DNA of 64,000 nucleotides from Octopus bimaculoides. Taxonomy: Eukaryota. The number at the start of each line of letters is the position of its first letter. The first letter of the stretch is position 1. The notes under the pieces were generated by a model. The model was not told where the DNA came from. It worked only from the letters and a program-made list of their open reading frames with translations, and made no database searches. The stretch lies in the NCBI RefSeq assembly GCF_001194135.2, contig NC_068981.1, positions 79,785,941 to 79,849,940 of the forward strand, given 5' to 3'. The position numbers and the translations under genes were made by a program. Below, in pieces: positions 36,243-48,755 of this stretch.

Positions 36243-37492
36243 TACAAAAGAGTGCTGAAATGTTCCTGGCTTTAAAGGTATCACAAAAGGGTAGAGTTGT
36301 TACTGTTACAGGCGAGGTAGGACAACTATTTAGAAGATATGCAAAAAATCACGATGGTTTACAATATATTTTTCTTTTTTTTTTGCAGATTTAATGTATA
36401 ATGACAGTACTTAACAATGAATTTTGGTAAAATTGAAGCATCGGCAATCATAAAGTTCCTCTTTTTGCAAGGGAAAGAAGTGGTGGAAATTCATGGAAAG
36501 ACGAAGGAAGTCTTGAAAGATGGTTGCCCATCTTACACCACAGTGAAAATCTGGGTGTCATGGTTTTGAACTGGTCATTTTGAGATCACAGATGAACCCT
36601 GACCAGGACAGCTAATTTCTGCAACCACAGAGGACAAAGCCAACACTGTGCATAGCACAGTTCTTGAAGATTGCCAGATTTGCTGAGGATTTCTCACAAA
36701 AGAGTTGACCACAACATTCTGGAGTTGAGAAAGCTTTCTGCAAAATGCACCCCAAAATGCCTGAATGCAGATCAGAAGCACAAAATGATGACATCAAAAG
36801 CAATTTTGGACTGGTTTGCAGTGGGAGAGGCTGATTTTATGGTTTGTTTAGTCACTATGGTTGAAAATTGGCTCCATCATCATGACCCTCAGATCAAGCA
36901 ACAATCAATGGAATGGCGCTACAGTGGTTCACTGCATCTCAAGGAGTTTTGGATCTAGAAGTCAGCTGGAAAGATTCTACATTCAGTGTTCTGGAACAAA
37001 GATGGAGAACTTCTCATAAAACACCTGCCAAAGGGTCGCACAATCAATGCAGAATAGTACATGTCTCTGTTGAATGAACTGCATGAAGTTTTGAAGCAGA
37101 AACGCTGAGCTGTGGTGCCCAGTTTTTGCAGGACAGTACACCACCACACACAGCACATGATACTATATGGAAAGTAATTGACTTCGGCTTTAAAATGGTA
37201 GACCACCCACCTTACTCTCCTGACTTGGCCCCCTTTGACTATCACCTCTTTTCACAACTGAAGAAACATCTCAAAGGAACAAAATTTCACACTGATTTGG
37301 AAATGATCACAGTTACAGAGGCCTGGTTGGAGACCCAACCCTTGAAATTCTTTTTACAAAGCTTAGAAAAACTGAAGGACTGCTGCAATAAGTGTATAAA
37401 TCAGAGAGGAGAATATGTTGGATAAAATCATAATTAACTCATCTTCCTGTATTTTCTTTTACCCAAAGTCAGGAACTTTTCAACCCCCTCCC
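36243..37492 (+). mobile_element. Degenerate full-length mariner transposon
   Basis: Imperfect TIRs gagtgctgaaatgttcctggcttt / aaagtcaggaacttttcaaccccc; frames with TMVENWLHHHDP and HPPYSPDLAPFDYHLF. Confidence 0.92.
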
Positions 37493-39874
37493 ACCCTCTA
37501 CCCCACATGCAATGTTACGTCCCAGTACATTGCAAACCTTTATTGATCTTGGATGTAAAAATTGAACCAAATTATACATTCTTGACCAGTTAGCCATCAC
37601 TGTCCTCATTTCCTTTAACTCTTGCAGTAATTATCTTGTCATGTGGGATCATGTTAGCCTTACATTAAATTAGGGCTTGAAACCTATTAGTTTCATGGAA
37701 GAATTCAGCTGACATAGAAGCAGACTGAGGTTTCAAATGAAATTTTTCTTGATTGGCTGGACAACATAAATTTCATTCAAAAGCTGTTCAATTTAAGCTT
37801 CTTAAACTATTTGTTTATACGCAATTTAGTTTTAGGCCCGTCCTGCTATTTTCATCTTTGCATACCAAATACTTCAATAACTGCACAAATAAACGCTGGA
37901 GAATCTATGACACTTTAAAAAGGAATTTATAATAATAAAGTGCTGTAAGATAGGCATAGAATCAACATTATATTTTGACCTTGAATATAACATAACATCT
38001 AAAAATATACTATATTCATTCATTCTAGCAATTCTGTTGACATATAGGAGTGCCTAAGAAACTGATGTATCAAGAGAAGAATTTTTCATTGAAATTTATT
38101 TGTGAAAGATCTTTCACCAGAGATTCATGTGTATGTCACTTTCCCTTGGAACATGTTTTTTAAATTTTTTTTGTTTTTTTGTTTTTATAGTCAGAAATAG
38201 GAAAATGTTTTTGAATCAGCTACACTACATGTTGAAGTAGTTTCTGGGTCTGAAGACAAAGCCTTGTCTTCAGCAGTGTTTTTTGTTTCTATTATAGCAG
38301 CACAGCTATATGTGGTTGTATGACAGATATATCTAAGAGGATGGTAGTTATTATTCCCTTTCTTATTTTGGATCGATCAAAGATGAACATTAGTTGCCAA
38401 GAGTATTAAGCTAAGTAGTGGTGGTACCTTCACCAGAAATACTACAGGGTTCCATTGGTAAGGGCTATTGTACCATATGTTAAGAAGTTGTAGCATTCTT
38501 CTCCTTTGAACAGAAATGCTAGTTTATTACAAAGTTTTGTCTCTTTATAGATTTCAATTCATTACTGAAAGTTAATCAAACATTTATTAATCATACAGAA
38601 TTGTTTCCTACTATTGTATCTGAAGTGCACACCAGGCAACTGAAGATGAAACTCAGCAAAAAGAAAAACAAAGACACCAAACAGAAAAATAAAAACATAC
38701 TATCAGAAAAAACAGCATACACATTCAAACAGATACATCAAAGAAATAAGCCATTCAAAAACTGCCCTGATGTGGCCACAGAAGTGACTGCTTTGCCAGG
38801 ATCAGGTAACCCTCACTCATGCTGCTCACCATGTTTACAATGGCAGCCCTTGGCACCATGGGCCATTGGTCAGCCTCCTTTTCCTAATGAAGTTCCAGCC
38901 ACAGCAGTCCTGAGAGTTTAAATAATGTGTATGAGGGGGGTGGAGGTGGAGGTGGATTACACGATCATATGATTCTTTCAGGTCTTAATGGACATGAACT
39001 GCCCGCTTCTCATTATACAAGATTTGTACCTGATGTTCTTGTGTAGCACAGGTTTGATAGTGGATTCCACCACCTTGATGATGTTTTAGACCTACAGGAT
39101 AAATTTAGCTGTCCGGACGATGTCTGACTGCTGAGAATGTTTCTTTCTCTGAGCCATGGATGACATGTCTCCATAAGAGGCCTCAGCTCTTTCTCCAACA
39201 ACACCGAACATGAAGAACCAGCTACATGCAAGAAGTTGGTGATTTCCAAGTTACAGTGATTGGCAGCTAGATCCACGGTATTTCCTGTGTCAAGACTGGA
39301 ATCTAGCATGCTGATACTGCTGATATGTTTGAAAGAGAAATATGAAAATTAAAATTTGGCACATGTTATGTAACACTATGTTAAGTCATCTTCTATGTAT
39401 GGGCCATCAAGGTAATTCAAAAATACCTGGTGCACCTTATATTTACTGTTATGTGTACAATGCCACTGAGAGTAAGTCTTTGCCAGGAACAGAATGCAGG
39501 GATGAAAATTAATGACTCTTGATAATTTTTTAACATTTTAATGACTTGGTTAGCTGTCTTTCTCACCATATTTTCTGAAAGGCTATGAAACAATCACACA
39601 CCAGGATCTATTTTAAAGCAGAGTTTTGTAGACAACTTTGAGACACAATGTAAATACAGACCGTAATAAAAACAATTAAGTGGTAGCAGTAGTGAGTAAA
39701 GTAAAAGTAGACAAAAAAAAGTTACTGTATTAGCAGCCAGAAGAGAAATCTGACAAATTGAATATATGTAAATATCTTTTCACACTTGTATTAAATGTGG
39801 CTGTGGTGCTATTGAAAACCAACCTAATATTTAGGTGAACTAAACTTGTGGAAAAATGTTAAGACAATACGTAC

Positions 39875-39937
39875 GTTAAAACAGATCGTCTATTGACAAA
39901 CACTTTCTCTGGTAGTTCACCATCTTTTCGCTTTACT
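39875..39937 (-). CDS. SOAT1: SOAT exon C (63 nt): VKRKDGELPEKVFVNRRSVL-T
   Basis: Poly-T ccag acceptor, AC|gtacgt donor; matches GKIFIARRSLLD. Confidence 0.92.
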
Positions 39938-40364
39938 CTGGAAAAAAAAATCAAATAAAATTTCAAGACATTAAAATGTAAGATACATAAACAAGATTCT
40001 TAATTTTTCCTGAAGATCTGAAATTTTAAAAGGACTTTTATCAAAACCTCATTCCATATTGCAAACTCTTATTCAACTATTATAACATTTTAGCCTTCAA
40101 AATAAATCAACAAAATAAATATTTTTTAATGATAGGTATTATTTCAAAATGCTTTAAAGAAAAAAAAAAAGAGGAAAATTTAGATTAAAAGAATTTGATT
40201 TGAAGAAACTAATATAATTAACTGTTTTATAATTAACATACAATGATCAGCATTGCCTTCTGAGGTAAAAACTTTACAAAATATCAAAGGAATTATGATC
40301 TAATCTCGGATTATTTTATGAAATAACTGTACATGATTACATCACACTTGCAGTTACTATACCA

Positions 40365-40391
40365 GTACTACTACTACTACTACTACTACTG
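40365..40391. repeat. (TAC)n microsatellite
   Basis: Direct reading. Confidence 0.9.
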
Positions 40392-40459
40392 TAGTTCTGT
40401 CGTTAAATTCAGATGTAGTGACTGTAAAAATCACCTAATTGAACATAATTACTATTTGT

Positions 40460-40863
40460 GAATGAGTGGCTGTGTGGTATGTAGCTTGCTTACCAATGAC
40501 ATGGTTCCGGGTTTAGTCCCACTGCGTGGCACCTTGGGCAAGTGTCTTCTACTATAGCCTCGGGCTGACCAAAGCCTTGCGAGTGGATTTAATAGACGGA
40601 AACTGAAAGAAGCCTGTCGTATATATGTATATATATGTGTGTGTGTGTATGTATGTTTGTGTACCTGTGTTTGTACCCCCCCAACATCGCTTGACAACCG
40701 ATGCTGGTGTGTTCACGTCCCCGTAACTTAGCAGTTCGGCAAAAGAGATCAATAGAATAAGTACTAGGCTTACAAAGAATAAGTCCTGGGGCCGATTTGC
40801 TCGACTAAAGGCGGTGCTCCAGCATGGCCATAGTCAAATGACTGAAACAAGTAAAAGAGTAAA
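40460..40863 (+). mobile_element. SINE family B, young full-length copy
   Basis: tRNA-like head, central (TA/TG) tract, CpG-retaining body, tail gactgaaacaagtaaaaga. Confidence 0.9.
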
Positions 40864-40924
40864 GCAACAGAAATACTATTTCCTTCCTCTCTTTTCCCTT
40901 CCACCCACCTTTATCTCTCACTCA

Positions 40925-41115
40925 CTATAGCCGGTGGCATGTAAAAAAGCCCCCATTACACTCTTGAAGTGGTTGGCTTTAGGAAGGGCAGCAAGTCATA
41001 CAAACCATGCCAGATCAGACTAGAACCAGGTACAGCTCTCCAGCTTATCAGTTCCAGTCAAACCATCTAACCCATGCCAGCATGAAAAGTGGATGATGAT
41101 GATGATGATGATGAT
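40925..41115 (+). mobile_element. Old RTE 3' tail
   Basis: aaccatctaacccatgccagcatgaaaagtggatgatgatgat. Confidence 0.75.
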
Positions 41116-41117
41116 GG

Positions 41118-41148
<31 letters not shown>

Positions 41149-42636
41149 CTGAAAATAAAATTTACTTATACATGTATACCCGAATATAAAATCATTATAC
41201 ATACATACATACATATATACACACATATACACTTACAATATACTAAGTTAACTAATTAGCATCTTTGGACAAGGTATTTAGATTATATTACAATGCTTTC
41301 TAAGCTCCAAAAGGCTTTCAAGAGAGAGTGCTTACTTCAAGGTTCATTCATAAATAGCAGGATCGGGCACCTGTCTATAACAAGAAACATTTCAAGATGA
41401 ACTGGTAACTGAAATAAGTAGTAAAAGGGTTCTGTTGGACAAGGCATTGCTGAAAGCAAATACCAGAATGTATATCATATGCTCTTTTTCTGAAGGTTTA
41501 TCTTATATAACTTTATACACTGGTCAGTTGTTTAATCTATTTGTTTATTTTAACAGCTGAACCAACCCTGCTTGTGTAAGTCTATTGTTCGCGTGGTATG
41601 CATCGAAATTCTTACAGTCTCTTGATTTCCTGTAATTCTGAGAGCCACATGGTCCCAACAGACAAAATGGAAAAGGCATTACTCCACCAGATGGCGAGGG
41701 ATATGTGCTGGAACAGCCACTCTGACTCATGGGGCTTGCACTTGCGAATAGCCATCTCAACCCTGGTGGTGGTGAGCAGAGGTGTGGTCCAGGAGCCAAG
41801 AACACCAGAGATCTCCACTGCCACAGTCTCGACCATAAACCTATACCTATATCCAGCTGTAAAAGAACAGCTATCACTGTTGAAGTAAATGTTTCAATTT
41901 GTAAAAAGCAACCAAGTATGTTAAAAAAATCATTAAGTTTGTCTCTGTATTAAGGATTAAATATGCATAGAAAGTATGTCTTAGAAATATCTGCTAAGAT
42001 GGATATGGAATTGTTATATTTAGGGAGAGTTTAGGTTAATCTCAACTGGTGCTGTGTTAAATAGCTCTTGCTGAATTAGAATCAAGATTGCAAGTGAAGA
42101 AGATAGATAATTTTATTTGACTGTTAACTATAATATTATACACAAGCTGAAAAAGATTTAAACAATGAGACAGGCAATATTTTTATGCTATGATGAGTTT
42201 CCAAGCATTCCATTAAAAATACATATAACTTGAATACTGAAAAGTAACATAAAATAGAGAAATAAATAGAATTTAAAGAAAAAAGACAAGCTGAAGATAT
42301 TTTAAAAATATAAAGATAAAAATTAATTTTAAAAACACACAAATTAAAAATATAAGTCTAAAACACAAATTAAAATTAAAATCAAAAAGATGTGCAAAAA
42401 CTATTTTTTATAAACAAGTTAGAAGTTAGAAAAAAGAGAAATTTTTTAAAAGTGGGCAGCTGCTCTATTTTTCTTCAAATTTTCACCTTACATCTTGATG
42501 ACAGCTGTTAAAATTATAGACATTTTCAAAAATATTCCAAAAACAGAACTCACTTCACACCACCTAAATTTATCATCAAAAAGTTTATTAACTGTTACTT
42601 TATTATTATTATTATTGTTGTTGTTATTATTTTATA

Positions 42637-42820
42637 AGGCAGTGAACTGGCAGAATAGTTAGCATGTTGGACAAAATGCTTACTGCATTTCATTGGGTTT
42701 TAATGTTCTGAGTTCAAATTCCTTTACCCGTCATTCTTTTGGGAGTCAATGAAATAAGTAGCAGTCAAGCACTGGGATCAAACTACTAGATCCCTCCTAC
42801 CATAATTTCAGGCCTTGAAA
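42637..42820 (+). mobile_element. SINE family A, degenerate
   Basis: ggcagtgaactggcagaatag...gagttcaaattcc following an (ATT)n tract. Confidence 0.75.
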
Positions 42821-43210
42821 TCATAAATTTCTGGATAGCTGAACTTCTAGATACTGCAACCCATCTTTGAAAATACATTTTTTTTTTTTTAGATCTACAA
42901 ATATTATCAGTGGAGTCACTTGCGTTAGCTGTTTTGCCAAGAGGTTGACTTTTCCAGTCACAATGCTAGTGATACAGGATATTAAACTTAGGAACTTGAC
43001 ATGATACAGTTTTTCTTTTGACAAGTATCTTAACAAGGTGACAGCTGCTGGAGTTACAGTCACATCCACTTTTGAGCACAAAACAAAATTTTGTGTAATT
43101 CATAACAGTTGGAAAAACACCAAATTTCAGAAATTTGTAGAAAATGTGTATAAGAGTCTGAATTATGAAGTCTAATATATGAGTGATTAGGGTTAACAAT
43201 ATCCTGCAAA

Positions 43211-43401
43211 CCCCTCTAGAATTTAAAGAAGCTATATCTGGCTAATATATTCTACCTGTTTTATGTTCAAATCAGCCAAATCTGACCTCTCACACCTAGC
43301 CTACAATGTCATTCTAAAAATTGACAATCACATCACTGATATTTCAAAGCTACAAGATAATGCATAGTTAATTCAAAGCAATGTGGATGAATGCTAAAGG
43401 G
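43211..43401 (+). mobile_element. piggyBac-type MITE
   Basis: Ends gaatgctaaaggg-TTAA; same family as 58947-59149. Confidence 0.7.
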
Positions 43402-44001
43402 TTAAGCCTGTGATTAGAATATTTTTCCTTATAAACAAATCTTTGTAAAATTCTTTAAGAAATTGGCATAACAGCTTTCAATATAGTGAACTTTGTCACT
43501 AACATTTCTTAAAGGAGCTGGTACCTTTGGTTGAATATAGTTATATCATTCCACTCAAACAGAATTAGGAAGAGATTTATGGCCTTTTTTTGCCTGTTTG
43601 AAATCTCATTTATAGTGTTCCAGATTTTATTTATACAATGTATTATTTTATGTCAAAGTTTTTCAATAGAATTGTTGTTGACTGATCCAATGCGTCTTGT
43701 TTATATTTTAATATAGTAGGATATGATTTGAGAATGAATTACCTGGTCTCTCTAGCAGATCAAACAATTACATAGAATATTCCTAATTGTTTTAGAAACT
43801 CAATATAGTAATTTTCTTCATATTCATTTGTGATTTTGTTCAATTACATTCTTGAAACATTTGAAGCCAATAAAACCCAATTTGTTGATATTCTCCTTTT
43901 TATAGCTTTACGTGTGCTTCAAGATCCAATTCCAAAAAGGAATTATATATATATATATATATATGCATGTATTTATTAGCAACAGAAGCAGTATTAATAC
44001 T

Positions 44002-44281
44002 GAGAGGTAATATTTATCCCCACTTAAATGTGGATGCTCTGTTAGAACAAACTATACAGCAGTAGTTTCCATGAGAGAAACTCTCATATCAACCTTTTGG
44101 TGCAAAATGCATTTGTTTATATTGTTTATCATCAACAAGACCACGGGAGGACGAAATTACGTGATCTGGTGGGGATTTATCTCCCCGCTAGCAGGTATAG
44201 GAGTTTCTCTCATGTAATTACTGCAGTATAGTTTGCTCTAACAAAATATCCATGTTTGAGTGGGGATAAATATTACCTCTC
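44002..44281. mobile_element. MITE with about 85-bp TIRs
   Basis: gagaggtaatatttatccccact...catgagagaaactc versus gagtttctctcatg...agtggggataaatattacctctc. Confidence 0.85.
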
Positions 44282-44804
44282 GATATATGCATATATAAAA
44301 TCATAAAAGATATAACAAGCCATTTTATTCTGTCATAATTGTTTCTCCATCTCACTTTCCAATATTTTGCATATCAAATGTAACATTTCAAGCAAATTTT
44401 TGTGGGTTAAATTGGAAAATGAACATACAAACTATACACATTAGGTCAAAAGTGTATCATCCAGCACATTCTGCTCTAGTAAAAGACAATCAAAGTTACA
44501 ACCACCAAATGAGTATGCAGCATCACATAATATATGTAATTTTAGAAAATAGTTGCAGTTTGTATTTAGATTTAAACAAAATCAAAGAAATGTATTTATT
44601 ATTCTTACACTAAAAGAAAATGTATATAATTAAAAAAAGAAATAAATTATTTGTTGGAAGTCTTCCTTAAATTTAAATGACTGGTTTCTTGTATAGTCAA
44701 AGAGTTTTTAAAAATTTTTTTAAGAGAAAGAAATTCAGAGTTTAAGATATTCACACCCTTCCAGAAGAAACCAAGTATGAAAGTAAAATGATTCTCTATA
44801 TCTT

Positions 44805-45100
44805 TTGTCCTTTCCTTGTTTCAGTCATTGGTTGCAGCTATGCTGGGGCACTGCCTCGAAGGATTTTAAGTCAAACAAATCAACCCCAGTACTTTTTACA
44901 TACATACACACACAAGCATGCACACACCAAACACATACATACAATATGACAGGTTTCCTTTCAGTTTCTGTCAACCAAATTCACTTGCAAGGCTTTTATC
45001 AGCCTGAGGCTATAGTAGAAGACACTTGCTCAAATTGCTATACAGTGGGACTGAAGCTAGAACCATGTGGTCAGAAAGCAAACTTCTTACCACACACCCC
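44805..45100 (-). mobile_element. SINE family B (internally deleted)
   Basis: Family B tail and head on the minus strand. Confidence 0.75.
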
Positions 45101-45675
45101 ATAGACTTGCAGCACTTCAGCGCCTGCCATCATAATAACATAAGTACTGAGAATATACTAAAATACAAATCAAAGTTGATACAAAGAGTCCTTTGATGCT
45201 GATGATAAAGGTGATGGTGATAATAAAGAGCTAATGTCATATATATATTAATATATCACCTTTTAAAACAAAAGATTATTAAAATAGTGAGCTTGACATG
45301 TTTGTATTAACACCAAGACTGAAATCCTAAGCCTTAGGCATTATCTCAATAATCTTATTTACTTATTCGTTTATTTCTTCAGTAGTGTCAGCAATTGCTA
45401 GTGTACGTTTAGTGAGTCAGAACAAAAAGAGGATATGTATATGTGTGCACGTGTGTTACCTTCCCACCAAGCAATAGTCATGCAGAATAGAAAAAAAGTC
45501 AAGAGATCAGCAAAACAGGGGTGGGGGAGAAAAAAAGTTAAGAACTAACACAAAAGGGTTGGCTGTGAGTAGTTTAAAATGTAGGGATAAATGAGTGGCA
45601 CCTGGTGTTGTTACAAAGTAATTACAAAATAGATTGTGTAACAACAACAAAAACAACAACAACAATAATAATAAT

Positions 45676-45887
45676 CTTTTCTACTAAAGGAACAAGGCCT
45701 GAAATTTGTGGGGAAGGGACTAGTCGATTACAACGACCATAGTGTTTCACTGGTACTTCATTTATCGACCCCAAAAGGATGAGAGGCAAAGTTGACCTCG
45801 GTGAAATTTGAACTCAGAACATAAAGAAAGACAAAATGTCACAAAACATTTTGCCCGGCATGCTAACGATTCTGCCAGCTTGCCACC
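45676..45887 (-). mobile_element. SINE family A within an (AAC)n(AAT)n tract
   Basis: Reverse-complement match to the 23963 copy. Confidence 0.85.
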
Positions 45888-46546
45888 TATTATAATAACA
45901 ACAACAACAACAACAATAATAATAATAATAATGAAATGGAAGGAGGAGGAGGAGGAGGAGGAGGAAAAGTGCTAAAAGAAACAATATAAATTTAAATCAA
46001 TGAAAGAAATATTTTTTTCTCGATAAATATGCTAAGGTTAGAAACAAAACAAGATATAAAAAGCAGCTTAAGAAACAAACAAACAAAAAAAATAATTATG
46101 TAAATTATGACCTAACAACTTGTAACTCATTAATAATCTGTTATCATTGTAGAGATACATTTTCATCTTTGTAATGACAAGCTATGACACTGGTGTTAGA
46201 TTCATAAATGGGAATCCATTTATATGGAGGTAACTTAAAAGGGTCATTTGGTTGAGAAACGACTCACCTATGTAAATATTAGCTCCAGGTAAATGAAAGT
46301 ATGTAACATATAGCCTGATAATATTTTATGCACATTTACACAAAAGATTATCACATGCCAAGGAGTTTTCTATGCAAATTATTCTTCTAATGTACAGCCT
46401 ATTTTATACAGGTAACAAAAGAATAAATGACATTATATCTGAGTAGATACATATGAGATAATAGAGACTTTTATGACACTACACATAATGTATGTGATAT
46501 ATGAGTGTGTGTATATATATATAAATATATATATGTGTGTATATAA

Positions 46547-46907
46547 GGCACAGGAGTGGCTGTGTGGTAAGAAGTTTGTTTCCCAACCACATGGTTCCAG
46601 GCTCAGTCCCACTGTGTGGCACCTTGGGCAAGTCTACTATAGCCTCAGGCTGACCAAAGCCTTGTGAGTGGATTTGGTAGACGGAATGTATGTGTGTGTT
46701 TGTTATTTGTGTCTGTATTTGTCCCCCAACCATTGCTTGACAACCGATGTTGGTGTGTTTGCATCCCCGTAACCTGGTGGTTCGACAAAAAGGGGATCGA
46801 TAGAATAAGTACTAGGCTTACAAAGAATAAGTCCTGGGGTCAATTTATTCGACTAAAGGTGGTGCTCCAGCATGGCCACAATTAAATGAGTGACACAAGT
46901 AAAAGAA
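46547..46907 (+). mobile_element. SINE family B
   Basis: ggcacaggagtggctgtgtggtaag...gacacaagtaaaaga. Confidence 0.88.
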
Positions 46908-46917
46908 TATATATATA

Positions 46918-47070
46918 TCATCATCATCATCATCATCGTTTAACGTCCGCTTTCCATGCTAGCATGGGTTGGACAATTTGACTGAGGACTAGTGAAACCG
47001 GATGGCAACACCAAGCTCCAGTCTAATTTGGCAGAGTTTCTACAGCTGGATGCCCTTCCTAACGCCAACC
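46918..47070 (-). mobile_element. Young RTE 3' tail
   Basis: Near-identical to 27291-27450. Confidence 0.9.
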
Positions 47071-47108
47071 ACACATATGTGTATGTATGTGTGGGTATAT
47101 ATATATAT

Positions 47109-48122
47109 GTCTGGGCAAAGTTTAGAGAGCTCTTACCTCTGCTGGCGACAAAGGGNNNNNNNNNNNNNNNNNNNNNNNNNNNNNNNNNNNNNNNNNNNNN
47201 NNNNNNNNNNNNNNNNNNNNNNNNNNNNNNNNNNNNNNNNNNNNNNNNNNNNNNNNNNNNNNNNNNNNNNNNNNNNNNNNNNNNNNNNNNNNNNNNNNNN
47301 NNNNNNNNNNNNNNNNNNNNNNNNNNNNNNNNNNNNNNNNNNNNNNNNNNNNNNNNNNNNNNNNNNNNNNNNNNNNNNNNNNNNNNNNNNNNNNNNNNNN
47401 NNNNNNNNNNNNNNNNNNNNNNNNNNNNNNNNNNNNNNNNNNNNNNNNNNNNNNNNNNNNNNNNNNNNNNNNNNNNNNNNNNNNNNNNNNNNNNNNNNNN
47501 NNNNNNNNNNNNNNNNNNNNNNNNNNNNNNNNNNNNNNNNNNNNNNNNNNNNNNNNNNNNNNNNNNNNNNNNNNNNNNNNNNNNNNNNNNNNNNNNNNNN
47601 NNNNNNNNNNNNNNNNNNNNNNNNNNNNNNNNNNNNNNNNNNNNNNNNNNNNNNNNNNNNNNNNNNNNNNNNNNNNNNNNNNNNNNNNNNNNNNNNNNNN
47701 NNNNNNNNNNNNNNNNNNNNNNNNNNNNNNNNNNNNNNNNNNNNNNNNNNNNNNNNNNNNNNNNNNNNNNNNNNNNNNNNNNNNNNNNNNNNNNNNNNNN
47801 NNNNNNNNGTGACCGTTGCCAGTACCGCCTGACTGGCCTTGTAGAGTTTTCGAGCGAGATCGTTGCCAGTGCCCCTGGACTGGCTCTTGTGCGGGTGGCA
47901 CATAAAAGACACCATTTCGAGCGTGGCCGTTTTCGTGCGGGTGACATGTAAAAGCACCCACTACACTCTCTGAGTGGTTGGCGTTAGGAAGGACATCCAG
48001 CTGTAGAAACTCTGCCAAATTTAGATTGGAGCCTGGTGTTGCCATCCGGTTTCACCAGTCCTCAGTCAAATCGTCCAACCCATGCTAGCATGGAAAGCGG
48101 ACGTTAAACGATGATGATGATG
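47109..48122 (+). mobile_element. 5'-truncated young RTE LINE spanning a gap
   Basis: WAKFRELLPLLATK before the gap; 3' UTR and (gat)n after it. Confidence 0.8.
47156..47808. other. Assembly gap (653 N)
   Basis: N run. Confidence 1.
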
Positions 48123-48289
48123 TGTCTGTCCTCCTCATATATAGTAACAGTAACTTTTGACTCTTGGTATGCATGTACAGCCATTTATGTATGTACATCT
48201 GAACACACATATAGGTATTCATGTATTTATGTTTTTGTATTCCTGTATATCTGTATATGTTAATGTATGCATACATATGCATATATATA

Positions 48290-48665
48290 TGAGTTTTTAT
48301 GGCTCTTTATATCGTTTTTTTATATGCTTTCTGTATGCTTTTTTTACATGCTTTTATATTTGAATTTGAATTTTGTAAACTTCATGAACTGAATTTTGTA
48401 TATCTCTGAAGAGGCCTAGTGAACCATGCATGTACCTCCATTGCATCCTTTTCATCTACTAATTTCTCCAGCTTACTGGAGTTATATAGATAGAATGGGG
48501 CATGCCAACGCTAGGCCGAAACAGCTGTAAAATTTTGTCCCTTCTTCGGTCGCTAGATGTACTTTTGAATTTGAAATTTTAATTGTTGATATGACATAGT
48601 ATGTCATATGTGTCTGTATATTGTCTTTATTGTCCTTTTGGTTGAAAAATAAATGGATTAATTAA
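48290..48665 (+). mobile_element. Penelope-like pseudo-LTR remnant
   Basis: T-rich leader, hammerhead core at 48406-48529, AATAAA near 48648. Confidence 0.55.
48406..48529 (+). ncRNA. Type I hammerhead ribozyme motif (stem I degenerate)
   Basis: CTGAAGA, stem II ggcctagtg/cgctaggcc, GAAA, palindromic stem III ACAGCTGT, GTA cleavage triplet. Confidence 0.6.
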
Positions 48666-48724
48666 CAGAGTACAGTGTCTGCAAGTTGATGAGTACCTCA
48701 GATTCCCCTCCATTTCCTTATTGC

Positions 48725-48755
<31 letters not shown>

